64,000 bases of DNA from positions 1 through 64,000 of IMG/VR virus record IMGVR_UViG_3300021420_000017; one strand, written 5' to 3'. The notes beneath the pieces were generated by a model. It saw nothing but the letters and a program-made list of their open reading frames with translations, did no database searches and had not been told where the DNA came from. The position numbers and the translations under genes were made by a program. Origin of the DNA: a virus. Of this stretch, positions 19,866 through 30,021 are shown in pieces. Positions within the stretch are counted from its first letter, which is position 1, and each line of letters opens with the position of its first letter.

Positions 19866-22800
19866 GTGCGCATGTACCAGTTAATCCAGCAATACGGGGA
19901 GCACGGCCAGTGGGAAACCCCCGCTGGCCGTGTCTTCCCCGTCCCCTCTCTCGTTGAAGATGCAGACGGCCTGAGGTTGTTTCTGTGTGGTGCATTGATC
20001 CCCAAGCAAGCTTGGGAGTCTGCTCGTGCGCAGGAGGTGCAGGGGCTGTTGCGAGTGCTCGGTGAGCACTCCTACTGTCCGGCCGAGGAGTTCGACAAGA
20101 CGCGCCGTACGAATCTGGTCGCAGCGGCTTACGAACTCCCTGAGTCTTCATGGCATCCTGTCGAGCCAGGATCGGTGTATGAGATGCACCATCGGGTGCG
20201 GGAGTCGGCGCCTGTGCTACCCGACAACTCGTTTGTACATTTACATACACATTCGGAGTTTAGTCCGTTAGATGGGCTCTCCACGATGGACGAGATCGTT
20301 GGTGCCGTCCAGGCTGATGGGCAGAAAGCTATTGCTGTCACCGACCACGGCAACTGTGCCGGTCATCCGGCTCTTCAGTCAGCCGCCCGTGAGGCCGGGA
20401 TCAAGCCCATCTTCGGCATCGAGACCTACTTCGTTGATGATCGTCATTCCCGGGAAGGTGCCAGCAACGCCTATACCCACCTGGTGTTATGGGCCCAGAA
20501 TCAGCAGGGCCTGAAGAATCTCTGGGCATTGTCGACGGAGGCCTACCGTGAGGGCTTCTATCACAAGCCCCGAGTCGACTGGGATACGTTGACCAGGCTG
20601 AACTCCGGGCTGATTATGTCCACTGCGTGTCTCGGTGGCCCGCTTGCGCGTCCCTATCTCGCTGGTGACCCCGAGCTGGCCATGAGTAACTTCTCCCGAC
20701 TCGGTGACATCTTCGGCAAGCGCATGGTCATTGAGCTGCACGCCAACCACCTGGAAGACCAGATCAAGGTCAATCACTGGCTGGTGCCACTGGCCCAGAA
20801 ATATGGCGTTCCGCTGGTGGCTGCTGTGGATGCCCACTATGCCGAGGCCGAGCACCGTGATGATCATCAGGTTTGGCTGGCCATGACCACGAACTCCGAT
20901 GTGGATGATGAGTCCAGCCTGTTCGGGGGTGGTCAGAGCTATCACATGATGGGAGTGGCCGAGGTCCGCGATGCTTTGAGCTACCTTCCGGCCGAGGCGG
21001 TCGAGTCGGCCATCGCGAATACGGGCAAGGTCGCGGACATGTGCAACGCCGAGATCATTCCGAAGAAGGGGATGCCGCACTACTCCCGGCCCACTCCCGA
21101 GCACCCGGACGTGGTCGCCCACGATGCTCAGCGGCTCCTGCAGATGTGCAAGGACAACTGGGACGAGCGCATCACCAAGTACGTGCCCAGGGAGGAGCAG
21201 GGGCCCTATCTCGACCAGATCCGCTATGAGGGCGGCTTGATCGTTGATAAGGAGTATCCGGGTTATTACCTCACAACCTCTGATTTCGTGACTTATGCCA
21301 AAGACAACGGCATACTTGTCGGACCCGGACGAGGTTCGGGAGCAGCCTCGCTTGTCGCCTATCTCGCCCGTATCACCGAAATCGACCCAATCCAGGGCAG
21401 GTTATCACTGGATCGGTTCCTGACCGTCGGGCGCAAGTCGCTGCCCGACTTCGACATCGACTTCCCCAGCTCGCGCAAGGATCAGATGATCACTTATGTG
21501 CAGCAGCGCTGGGGGGAGGAGCATGTGGCCCAGATCGGCAACCACATGCGACTGCAGAACAAGGGCACATTCAAGGGAGTGCAGTCCGCGATTGCCTCCC
21601 GGCTCCCCGGCGACAGCTATGGCGCAGTAGTGATGATCAACAAGATTATCGAGGCAGCCGAGGCATCTACGGCGGGGTTAGGACTGTCGTGGTCAGACCT
21701 GTTTGCCCAGGTTGGCGAGTTGCTCGAACCATACCGGCAGTCCTACCCGGAGTTGTTCCGTCTTGCCGAGCGCTTCCGGGGGCGCCTGAGGACCTATTCC
21801 ACGCACGCGGCCGGGCTCGTCATCGATCCCGACGTGGACCTCTATGCCGAACTGCCGATGCGCAACGGGGCGGCAGGCGGCCCGATGGTCACCCAGTGGG
21901 ACATGGCAGCCCTGGAGCCCTTGGGCTACGTCAAGTACGACTTCCTCAACCTGCGCAACCTCGACACGCTGCAAGAGACCATCGATATCATCCGCAACAC
22001 CACCGGTTCCACGATCGATGTCTATGGCTGGCGGGATGAGTATGAGGATCCCGAGGTCTATGAGGAGCTGGGTAGCGGCTGGACGATGGGCGTCTTCCAG
22101 ATCGAAACCTCGCTGGGTACCAGGACCACCAAGCAAATTCGCCCACAGACGCGCGATGAGCTGAGTGACGTCATCACACTGGGTCGTCCCGGTCCGATGC
22201 GCTCCGGCCTGGACAAGATGTACATGCGCCGTCGTGCCGGGCAGGAGCAGGTGGCCTACGCCGATCCCCGGCTCGAAGAGGTCCTTAAAAGGACATGGGG
22301 CGCAATGTTATACCAAGAAGACATCATGGCTGTGTGTCGTATCTTGGCGAACTACGACGCAGACGAGGCAGACCATGTCCGCAAGATCCTGGGCAAGAAG
22401 AAGGTCGATGAGGTTGCCGAGGAGGGTCTGCGGTTCATCGCTCGTGCGGTCGAGAATAATGTGGCTAGAAAGAATGCAACGGACATCTGGGATCAAATGG
22501 GAGAGTTCGCAAGATACTGCGTAACGGGAGATACAAAGATACATCTTGCCGGGAGCAATGCTAACTCTGACGGCACGATCGAGGTGGAAGCGTTGTACCG
22601 CCGAATCCATGCCCCGAAAGGTCTACGGCGATTAGATCAGGATGAGTGTGATGGTTGTGGTCGTGCGCTATTGAAACATGCTACAACGACTATCTGTCCT
22701 CCATGCCGTTCCTGGCGTATTAAGTTCCATGATCCAAAGCGTGCGTTGTATGGGTTGAGTTATTATGCCGATGATCGGATCAGACCAGCTCGGATCTTGG

Positions 22801-24392
22801 ATGTGATTGAGAATGGAAATCGAGAGGTATTTGAGGTCACATTAGCCGATGGCAAGTCTATTATGGCTACTGCGAATCATCGACATCTTAGCGATAAGGG
22901 ATATCGACGAGTTGACGAGCTTTCCATTGGTGATTCATTATTAATTGATGGGGGTTATGAACCGCAACAGCATGAGCCCAAAAATAGATTGACCAAAGGT
23001 GATCGGCAGGGCGCTGGATATGTTAATGGTGCTTTCGGAGAAGATAACGTTGGCTATATCGATGGCGGTCATGCATATTGGAGTGCATGGCGAGCGGTAA
23101 ATCCTAGAATCTGTGCTCAATGCGGTGAAAAAGATGGGCGTATTGAGACGGCTCATCTTGATGGAGATCACACCAATAATATTGAAGGTAACCTGGCGTG
23201 GCTATGCGTGTCCTGTCACAAGTCTTATGATTACGCCCATAATGACCGACGACGACGGTGGCAGAAAGGTCATCTAGTTAAGTCAGTTGCGATTGTCTCT
23301 ATCAAGAGTGCGGGGGTGAGACCCACTTACGATGTCGTGATGGATGCTCCGCACAGCTTTGTCGCTAATGGTATCATTTCTCATAATTCGTTCAACCGTG
23401 CGCATGCCTATGCATATGCCACATTAGCGATCTGGACCGCTTGGTTCAAGGTCCATTACCCTCGTGAGTTCATTACCGCTTCTATGGCGACGGTGGACAA
23501 GGAACGGATCCCGCAGTTCGTTGGCGAGGCCCGCCGTATCGGCTATCAGGTGCTCCCCCCGGATATCAACATCTCCGGGCGCGGATTCACCGGCCACGAG
23601 CTGACGATTCGCTACGGGATCGAGGGCATGCCCGGCATCCGGGAAGCTAAGGCGCTGGGCGCGCTCGCTGGACAGCCCTACGCCAGCTTCGAGGACTTCC
23701 TGGAACGCAAGGGGCCTAAGTGCGACTCAGGTACGACGAAGAGGCTCATCCGGGTCGGCGCTTTCGAATCGATCGCCCCGAATCGACGGGCGCTGGAGGC
23801 GCGGATCGCTGATGATGAGTCGGGTGAGTCCACCAAGTGCGTAGACAAGGACGTGACCTTCGTCAATGAGTTCGATCTGCCGTGCCACTTCGACTGGACC
23901 AGTGAACCGATCCAGCTCGGGCGCACGGGCAAACCGCTGAAGAACCAGAAGAAGCCGCCGAGCAAGTGCACCAAGGCTTGCCGTCACTACCGGGCTAAGC
24001 CGCAGAGTAGCTATGAGCACATCGAGCCCTACACCGAGGAAGAGATTCGTAATATCGAGGTGGAGATGCTGGGCGTCTATCTCAGTAGCTCTCCGTTCGA
24101 CCGGGTCCCCGTCGAGGTGATGTCTCAGCTCCTGTCGGCCGACGATCTGGCGGTCGCGGAGTATGGCACGCACGCCATCGTGGGGATCGTGCATACCGCA
24201 CGCCCAGACCCCAAGGGCCGCGACTTTGGTTTCGTCACTATCCACACGCATTCGGGCTCGCTGGACGCCATCGTGTACTCCACTCAGTGGAACATCTGGT
24301 ATCCGCTGCTCAAGCGCGGGCAGATGGCATTGATGGAGATCATCAAAGATGATCAGGACCGTTATCGCCTCTACCTCTTCGAACCTATTTAG
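19866..24392 (+). CDS. dnaE: DNA polymerase III alpha subunit containing an intein
   Basis: PHP HLHTHSEFS..TDHG, GPGRGSGAASLVAY, PDFDIDF, THAAG, KYDFL, GVFQIE, GRPGP, FNRAHA. Confidence 0.96.
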   Translation: MRMYQLIQQYGEHGQWETPAGRVFPVPSLVEDADGLRLFLCGALIPKQAWESARAQEVQGLLRVLGEHSYCPAEEFDKTRRTNLVAAAYELPESSWHPVEPGSVYEMHHRVRESAPVLPDNSFVHLHTHSEFSPLDGLSTMDEIVGAVQADGQKAIAVTDHGNCAGHPALQSAAREAGIKPIFGIETYFVDDRHSREGASNAYTHLVLWAQNQQGLKNLWALSTEAYREGFYHKPRVDWDTLTRLNSGLIMSTACLGGPLARPYLAGDPELAMSNFSRLGDIFGKRMVIELHANHLEDQIKVNHWLVPLAQKYGVPLVAAVDAHYAEAEHRDDHQVWLAMTTNSDVDDESSLFGGGQSYHMMGVAEVRDALSYLPAEAVESAIANTGKVADMCNAEIIPKKGMPHYSRPTPEHPDVVAHDAQRLLQMCKDNWDERITKYVPREEQGPYLDQIRYEGGLIVDKEYPGYYLTTSDFVTYAKDNGILVGPGRGSGAASLVAYLARITEIDPIQGRLSLDRFLTVGRKSLPDFDIDFPSSRKDQMITYVQQRWGEEHVAQIGNHMRLQNKGTFKGVQSAIASRLPGDSYGAVVMINKIIEAAEASTAGLGLSWSDLFAQVGELLEPYRQSYPELFRLAERFRGRLRTYSTHAAGLVIDPDVDLYAELPMRNGAAGGPMVTQWDMAALEPLGYVKYDFLNLRNLDTLQETIDIIRNTTGSTIDVYGWRDEYEDPEVYEELGSGWTMGVFQIETSLGTRTTKQIRPQTRDELSDVITLGRPGPMRSGLDKMYMRRRAGQEQVAYADPRLEEVLKRTWGAMLYQEDIMAVCRILANYDADEADHVRKILGKKKVDEVAEEGLRFIARAVENNVARKNATDIWDQMGEFARYCVTGDTKIHLAGSNANSDGTIEVEALYRRIHAPKGLRRLDQDECDGCGRALLKHATTTICPPCRSWRIKFHDPKRALYGLSYYADDRIRPARILDVIENGNREVFEVTLADGKSIMATANHRHLSDKGYRRVDELSIGDSLLIDGGYEPQQHEPKNRLTKGDRQGAGYVNGAFGEDNVGYIDGGHAYWSAWRAVNPRICAQCGEKDGRIETAHLDGDHTNNIEGNLAWLCVSCHKSYDYAHNDRRRRWQKGHLVKSVAIVSIKSAGVRPTYDVVMDAPHSFVANGIISHNSFNRAHAYAYATLAIWTAWFKVHYPREFITASMATVDKERIPQFVGEARRIGYQVLPPDINISGRGFTGHELTIRYGIEGMPGIREAKALGALAGQPYASFEDFLERKGPKCDSGTTKRLIRVGAFESIAPNRRALEARIADDESGESTKCVDKDVTFVNEFDLPCHFDWTSEPIQLGRTGKPLKNQKKPPSKCTKACRHYRAKPQSSYEHIEPYTEEEIRNIEVEMLGVYLSSSPFDRVPVEVMSQLLSADDLAVAEYGTHAIVGIVHTARPDPKGRDFGFVTIHTHSGSLDAIVYSTQWNIWYPLLKRGQMALMEIIKDDQDRYRLYLFEPI
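22518..23387 (+). mobile_element. intein (290 aa) with HNH homing endonuclease
   Basis: FARY|CVTGDT ... TANH ... FVANGIISHN|SFNRAH; internal CAQC..HLDGDHTNN..NL..LCVSCH; visibly lower GC than flanks. Confidence 0.93.
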
Positions 24393-24399
24393 GAGCGAC

Positions 24400-25620
24400 A
24401 TGGCACGAGTAGTAGAAGGGCCAGCAGCGGGAGCGCTGAAGAAGTTCGAGGATGACTTCGCCAAATCCTTTGGCGCGAGCAGTCTGGTAACGCCTGCTCG
24501 AAGCAAATACGAAGTGGTCTCCACCGGCTCGCTGACCCTCGATCAAGCGCTCGGGTGCGGGGGCGTCATCGTGGGGCGTCTGGTGGAGATCTGGGGGCCT
24601 GGTGGTGTTGGGAAAAGTACGCTATCTACTATTATTGCCGCTAACCATCAAATCCAGTATCCCAAACGATTAGTCGGTTGGATCAATGTTGAGCGCACCT
24701 TTGATGAGGACTGGGCCACTGATCACGGCATGATCATGCGGCGAACTCGGCTCTATAACCCGGAAACATCCCAGGATGTTGGTGATGCGGCACAGAAGAT
24801 GGTGCGCTCGGGCCTGTTCTCCATCGTGGTTATCGACTCTATCGGCGGCATGATCGGCAAGGCCGAGATGGAGAAGGATGCCGAGGATGCCGTCGTGGCC
24901 GAGACCGCGCGAGTGGTCACCCGCATGGTCAAGCAGCAGGCGGTTTGGGCCGATGACAACAAGACCACGGTTCTGCTGATCAATCAGGTGCGCAGTCAGA
25001 TCGGTTCCTACGGCGGGGGCAACACCACCGGCGGGGGTAATGCGCTCAAGCACGTCACGACGCACAAGATCCGGATGCGTCGGACCGCGACCTCTCCCTA
25101 CATGCTCACCAGTAAGCCCGAGGACGGCGAGGCGGGCATCGAGATCGCCGCCATCGTGGAAAGGAACAAAGTAGCACCACCCATGAAAATTGCTACGTTC
25201 GCCCTATTTAACCAAGACTCGGATAAATGGGGTCCTATGGGGATCGATATGGCGACGGAGGCCCAGATCATGGGTCTTCGCTACGGGGTGATCGAGAACC
25301 CGGCTCAGGGGACCTATCAGCTGCCCGACCGAGAGAAGCCGGTGCGCGGCAAGCCAGCGGTGTTGCAGGCCCTACGTGAGTCGCCCGAGCTGTTGCAGAT
25401 GATCCGTGAGCGCATCTTGGCAATGAGTGCCGGTGATGTCGTAGGGGAACTCAGCGATATCGAAGAAGACGTTGAGAAAGACGAAGACGAGTCCGCAGGC
25501 CCAGAAGTCAGTGAGGATAAGATCGAGGAGCTGTTTCAGACCGGCCTGCCACAAGATCTGGATCACGACCCGGCAGTCTTGGCCTCTCCGGTGCTACCAG
25601 TCCTGGTCGATCAGCCGTGA
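24400..25620 (+). CDS. recA: RecA recombinase
   Basis: STGSLTLDQALG, GRLVEIWGPGGVGKST, VIDSI, LINQVR, GGNALK, RNKVAPP; AGGAG RBS before ATG 24400. Confidence 0.94.
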   Translation: MARVVEGPAAGALKKFEDDFAKSFGASSLVTPARSKYEVVSTGSLTLDQALGCGGVIVGRLVEIWGPGGVGKSTLSTIIAANHQIQYPKRLVGWINVERTFDEDWATDHGMIMRRTRLYNPETSQDVGDAAQKMVRSGLFSIVVIDSIGGMIGKAEMEKDAEDAVVAETARVVTRMVKQQAVWADDNKTTVLLINQVRSQIGSYGGGNTTGGGNALKHVTTHKIRMRRTATSPYMLTSKPEDGEAGIEIAAIVERNKVAPPMKIATFALFNQDSDKWGPMGIDMATEAQIMGLRYGVIENPAQGTYQLPDREKPVRGKPAVLQALRESPELLQMIRERILAMSAGDVVGELSDIEEDVEKDEDESAGPEVSEDKIEELFQTGLPQDLDHDPAVLASPVLPVLVDQP

Positions 25621-25952
25621 GCACGTGGCCCTTGCTCGCGGTCTTCATCGTGGGCTATGGGGCGTTCGCGGTCGCGATCTATGCCCAGGACCGACTGCGC
25701 CGCCGGGATGCTCAGCTCTTCACTGAGGGCCTGCGCAAGGCACAGCTCGCGGCAGTGGTGCGCACCGTCCCCCCACTGGGCGCGCCGAGCTTCACTGATC
25801 GACGCAGGTGCTCTAGCTGTGGAGGCGAGATCCGTGAATCCACCCCAGACTCAACCCCGGCTCAGGTGCACATGTATGTCGACCTGATCATGGGCAAGCG
25901 CATCCCGGTCACCATCTGGGTCTGTAGTGATTGTCAGTCATCTCGTGGCTAG
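25617..25952 (+). CDS. membrane-anchored Zn-ribbon protein
   Basis: N-terminal hydrophobic helix; CSSC..CSDC. Confidence 0.55.
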   Translation: MSTWPLLAVFIVGYGAFAVAIYAQDRLRRRDAQLFTEGLRKAQLAAVVRTVPPLGAPSFTDRRRCSSCGGEIRESTPDSTPAQVHMYVDLIMGKRIPVTIWVCSDCQSSRG

Positions 25953-25968
25953 ACCAACGACGCGACAG

Positions 25969-26295
25969 ATGAGTGATAAGCATGAAGAGTTCCTAGCTGA
26001 ACTCATAGACGGACGTCTCATGCCAGGGTCTGGTAATCAGTTCGCTAACCAAATGGATGTGCGGAATGACTATCGCCGACAGAAATATCCATTCTGCTTC
26101 GATGGCAAGTCGACATTCAATAAGTCGATTAGCGTCACCCTCGATATGTGGGAGAAGGCGATGAGTCAGGCCCACAATGAGGAGCCGGGACTGGCCCTGC
26201 GCTGGTACCACGATGAGCGCTTGCGCACGAGCACCGATCTGATAGTGGTCCGGGCCCAGGATTTCAGCCGGATGCTGGGAGACCTTCGTGCCTGA
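25969..26295 (+). CDS. PD-(D/E)xK Holliday junction resolvase-like nuclease
   Basis: HEEFLA..MPGSG..DV..DGKST pattern. Confidence 0.65.
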   Translation: MSDKHEEFLAELIDGRLMPGSGNQFANQMDVRNDYRRQKYPFCFDGKSTFNKSISVTLDMWEKAMSQAHNEEPGLALRWYHDERLRTSTDLIVVRAQDFSRMLGDLRA

Positions 26296-27073
26296 CGACG
26301 ATTTCGGTCTGTTCCTCACCGGACTAGCCCGAGACGATTTGGTGCTGACGCCCATTACCCGCGCCGCGCTGTACGACCCGGACTTCAAGGGCTTCATGGT
26401 CGAGGTCGAGCCCTTCGTCCCGCGCCCCTACGACGGACTTTTCCACCCCTCTACCCACAGCCTGTGGACAGTGCGCCAGCTCTACCTCTACTTGGTCGCG
26501 CCGCATGTGCTCGACGCGGAGAGGATGGACATCACCGGCGTGCTGGCTGTGACCTCCGGCAAGTTCTGGCACCGCTTCCTTCAGTTGCTGTGGCTGGAGG
26601 ACGGGGTCATGGTCAAGGACGAGGCTCCCGCGCGCGATTACTTTACCAACCGAACTGGACATGCAGATGGTTTGTTGCGTAATGGAGAATGCGTAGAAAT
26701 TAAGACAATTAACGAGTACCAAGTACATAAGATAGATAGCGAGAAGATTCTCAAAGAGAAAAAACCGCAGTATTGGGCCCAAACGCAAGACTATCTGGAT
26801 ATTTTGGGACTGGAGTCGATGCGGTATTTCCTCATGCACCCAGCCTATCCGTTCCCGATGACCGAGTTCCTGGTGAAGGTCGACAAGAGCTACAACGCGA
26901 TCAGGCGCTCGGAGTACCGGCATGCCATTGAACTAGCGGAAGAGTTTCCCGACTACAAAGCGCTAGCCGATCCTGCACACTCGGGTGTGCCGATCTGCGC
27001 AGGCTGCTCGCCGCGCTCGAAGATGGCCAAACAGTGTCCGGTGAGACGCGGATGTCCTGTAGGGAGCTTCTGA
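26288..27073 (+). CDS. Cas4/RecB-family exonuclease
   Basis: FHPST, GHADG..EIKT, YWAQTQDY, C-terminal Cys cluster. Confidence 0.75.
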   Translation: MPDDDFGLFLTGLARDDLVLTPITRAALYDPDFKGFMVEVEPFVPRPYDGLFHPSTHSLWTVRQLYLYLVAPHVLDAERMDITGVLAVTSGKFWHRFLQLLWLEDGVMVKDEAPARDYFTNRTGHADGLLRNGECVEIKTINEYQVHKIDSEKILKEKKPQYWAQTQDYLDILGLESMRYFLMHPAYPFPMTEFLVKVDKSYNAIRRSEYRHAIELAEEFPDYKALADPAHSGVPICAGCSPRSKMAKQCPVRRGCPVGSF

Positions 27074-27294
27074 TGAAGGTCTACATCGTTAGTGATGATC
27101 GGCACGGTGATGGTTCAGAGATTCATGGTGTCTATGACTCTTTAAATAAAGCGATGAATGATAATTGCTTTGGCAATCGTGAGAGCTATGGTAATTGGAT
27201 AGCTCAGGATCCTTCAACTGGCGTTCTCTGTATAGCGATTCACAAACAGTTCTCCTCGGCTCGACTGGCGATTTTTGAATGGGATGTCGAATAA
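27073..27294 (+). CDS. hypothetical protein (AT-richer)
   Basis: TGATG and TAATG coupling on both sides. Confidence 0.55.
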   Translation: MKVYIVSDDRHGDGSEIHGVYDSLNKAMNDNCFGNRESYGNWIAQDPSTGVLCIAIHKQFSSARLAIFEWDVE

Positions 27295-27935
27295 TGGTTA
27301 TCGGAGCAACTGGTCTGCAGTCACTGGTTGATTTTGTTGATGCCGTCGAAACGAAGAAGAGGGCTCGTGTTAAACCTGAGTGGCAGCCACTCAACTTGGA
27401 GGATCTGAAGCCAGGTAAGTATTTGGCCTGCGATCAATCCCTCGCGGCGACCGGGCTGGTCATGCTCTGGGTGACCGACGAGCACAAGGTCTACCTACAG
27501 GGCGCGGGCCGTATCAGCACTTCTCAGGGGACCTCGGGCTGGGAGATGGTGCTACAGAGTGCGCTGTCCCTGGAAGGGCTCATGGCAGCCTGGATCCGCG
27601 CGAATGAGCCGGAGTACACCTCCTACTGGGCTGTGCATGAGGCCCCGCCGGTCGGAGGGGGCCGGTTTCTCAAGCCTGAGTTGAGCCTGGTCAGCGCGCT
27701 TGCATTCCGGATGGCGGTCGGACCGATGGTTTCGATGCTCCCCATGGTGCGGCGCCAGGATCATGCGAAGCTGATCTGCGGCAACGGTAATGCGAGCAAG
27801 ACCGAGCATCATGCCGCGCTGAAGGAACTCTTCCCCCAGATTGTTGGCTCTGACATGGTTACAAATGAAGCGACCCGAGATGCCCTCTCTGTCGGTCTTA
27901 TGGCCGCACATCGACTCGGGGGACAGATCAAGTGA
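27294..27935 (+). CDS. ruvC: RuvC-like Holliday junction resolvase
   Basis: LACDQSLAATG, VHEAP, GNASK, NEATRDAL. Confidence 0.8.
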   Translation: MVIGATGLQSLVDFVDAVETKKRARVKPEWQPLNLEDLKPGKYLACDQSLAATGLVMLWVTDEHKVYLQGAGRISTSQGTSGWEMVLQSALSLEGLMAAWIRANEPEYTSYWAVHEAPPVGGGRFLKPELSLVSALAFRMAVGPMVSMLPMVRRQDHAKLICGNGNASKTEHHAALKELFPQIVGSDMVTNEATRDALSVGLMAAHRLGGQIK

Positions 27936-28138
27936 GTGGCTTGCCCTTCTCCAAGGGGTCGCTGGGCCGCATAGGTGAGCCTTATTTAGCGACTCATGCC
28001 CTGGATGACCTCTTCCGCCAGGTGCCGAGCAGCAGTCACACCCGGGAATACGTCATGCCGGACGGCCGAGTCGCGTTCTATACGGTCGGGACCCAACGTC
28101 GATGGGCTGAGGAAGAATGGTGGAAGAGCAGCGCATGA
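27932..28138 (+). CDS. hypothetical protein
   Basis: Coupled at both ends. Confidence 0.5.
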   Translation: MSGLPFSKGSLGRIGEPYLATHALDDLFRQVPSSSHTREYVMPDGRVAFYTVGTQRRWAEEEWWKSSA

Positions 28139-28854
28139 CCGAGCTACGCGCGAGCGGAAAGACAGTTGGTGATGAGATCGCGGCAGAGGAGGCCATGAAC
28201 GGCTTGGGTCTCATCGGGGAGAAGGGTGAACTCGGTCTAACAGGCGGGGTGGTAGGGAAGCTGCCGGAGGATCTGCACTCTTCCATGGCCCCGGCCTGGC
28301 GCAGGATGGACACCTCCTGGACGTCCCCGGATCACGAGATCCTGTCCCAGATGCGCCGCGCGGTGGACGTCATGATCAAGGAACGCTTCGCTGAGTGCTT
28401 CGAGCTGTTCTACGAGATCAACATGCTGGTGCGCGAGCCGATTATCGATGAGGCGAGCGGGGAGATGCAGGTGGACGAGTTCGGGCTGCCTGAGTGGCAA
28501 CGTACGGCCATGGGAGCCTACAGGGAGGACTGGTCCAGGCTCGGCTACAAAGAGCGCGAGAACTTCCTCTACAAGCTCACCGTGGGCCTGTTCCGGTGGG
28601 AGCAGCGAGCGGTCGACCTGCAGGGGGAGGCGCTGTTGGGCAGAGCGGTATTCGAGGAGGCTTTCAGCCACGGTTACGAGGCCCGGGACGATTCGCGGGC
28701 CACGATCGAGGATCGCACCGCGCGGGCCCGGGTGCTGGCCGCTGAGTATCGCTATCGAGCTGTTTATATGACCTATTTATCGAAGCGAGCGGATGCGGTT
28801 TGTCGGTCTGCAGAGCGACTGGCGCTTCGTTTGCGCGACCTTCACACCAACTAA
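28135..28854 (+). CDS. hypothetical protein
   Basis: ATGA coupling, strong codon bias. Confidence 0.75.
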   Translation: MTELRASGKTVGDEIAAEEAMNGLGLIGEKGELGLTGGVVGKLPEDLHSSMAPAWRRMDTSWTSPDHEILSQMRRAVDVMIKERFAECFELFYEINMLVREPIIDEASGEMQVDEFGLPEWQRTAMGAYREDWSRLGYKERENFLYKLTVGLFRWEQRAVDLQGEALLGRAVFEEAFSHGYEARDDSRATIEDRTARARVLAAEYRYRAVYMTYLSKRADAVCRSAERLALRLRDLHTN

Positions 28855-28989
28855 ACTGGCCTGACAAGTCGAGGATTGGTTGGAACGATTGTCACACTTG
28901 CGAGTCGCAACTTGCGCAAAGTCATCTAGCTCAGGCATCCTGTCTGCATAGGGTTTCGAGCAGCCCTTCCGCCGACTGCAGGCGCCCCC

Positions 28990-29646
28990 GTGAGATCAGA
29001 AGAGACGGACCGGACCTGGTTGTGGATCCCGAGTGATTCTCGGACTGACTCGCGGGTGAATAGTCTTCGGATTTTATTTAGGCACCTGCTGGCGTTTCGC
29101 TCACTGCATGAGGCTGACGGAACATTCGAGATCACCGCCCCAACCGGTCAGACATGGTCACTCTTTGATATCGAGTATCTCTACTCGGCAGCGATGCGCA
29201 GACCGATTGATGTCACCGGAACATTGCGCGTGGCGGAAGATCTCGCCCCCGGTTTCTATGTTCAGCTCTCGGGTGTCTGGAGCCTCATTGAAGGTGTCCA
29301 TTGCGATGTCAAGACCAAATCGAAACCATTGGTGCTTGCTCTGTCACAGGAGCGTGTGAAGCGCTTTGCTTGCGAGGCCAGCGTGTTGTCTCTGAGTCCT
29401 CAGGAAAAGCGCCTGCTCGACCACAACAAAGCCAATCCGTGCCTCCCTCTACGTCAGCAACAGGCGATCGAGCTGTTCCTGGTGTTGAACCTGCCCGAGG
29501 CCGAAGCTGCTGTCCGGATGGGTCTAGCTCCTACCAATCCAGTGGGTATGTACGCTACGTCTGGCCTGACGCGCTTGCTCAAGCTCATGGATGAGGGTTA
29601 TCTGCCCCGTTTCGCCGATGATGGCCGCATGCTGTCCGTAGCTTAG
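28990..29646 (+). CDS. sigma-70 region-4-like HTH transcription regulator
   Basis: LPLRQQQAIELFLVLNLPEAEAAVRMGL C-terminal HTH. Confidence 0.6.
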   Translation: MRSEETDRTWLWIPSDSRTDSRVNSLRILFRHLLAFRSLHEADGTFEITAPTGQTWSLFDIEYLYSAAMRRPIDVTGTLRVAEDLAPGFYVQLSGVWSLIEGVHCDVKTKSKPLVLALSQERVKRFACEASVLSLSPQEKRLLDHNKANPCLPLRQQQAIELFLVLNLPEAEAAVRMGLAPTNPVGMYATSGLTRLLKLMDEGYLPRFADDGRMLSVA

Positions 29647-29655
29647 GAGAGATAG

Positions 29656-30021
29656 ATGAGTTTGAGAGTGCATTCCGGAATCCATCGGGAATCTGAAGAC
29701 GAAGCCGATCGCTTGATTTACGACAGCATTCGACACATCACTAACCGCGAGTTGAAAGCTGATGTGCTCACCCCCTGGAAGGAGCGGCACCGTCAGCAGC
29801 ACGAGGTCTATACCAGTCATGGTGGCCCGGTGGACCCTTCGACTCGCATAGGCATCTTCGGTCGGGCCTATAACTCGCGCCAGACCCATTTGAACTCCTA
29901 TGACGGACCAACGCGCCCTATCAAAGACAAGTCTTGGGATCCGGATCTCTCTTTCGGTGGAGGAGCGTTGTTCCTCTCTCCCGATATGAGGAACGCTGTC
30001 GGTGTGGACCGGCTGGACTGA
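29656..30021 (+). CDS. hypothetical protein
   Basis: AGGAG RBS; TGATG coupling to next gene. Confidence 0.7.
   Translation: MSLRVHSGIHRESEDEADRLIYDSIRHITNRELKADVLTPWKERHRQQHEVYTSHGGPVDPSTRIGIFGRAYNSRQTHLNSYDGPTRPIKDKSWDPDLSFGGGALFLSPDMRNAVGVDRLD

Noticed and set aside
26288-27073. Cas4-like gene as part of a CRISPR-Cas system
   Set aside because: No repeat-spacer array or other cas gene seen; the context is a phage recombination operon.
29200-29440. Mini-intein in the sigma-like gene
   Set aside because: Has an A.DL.PG motif but no Cys/Ser1 block A and no His-Asn/Gln plus nucleophile end.
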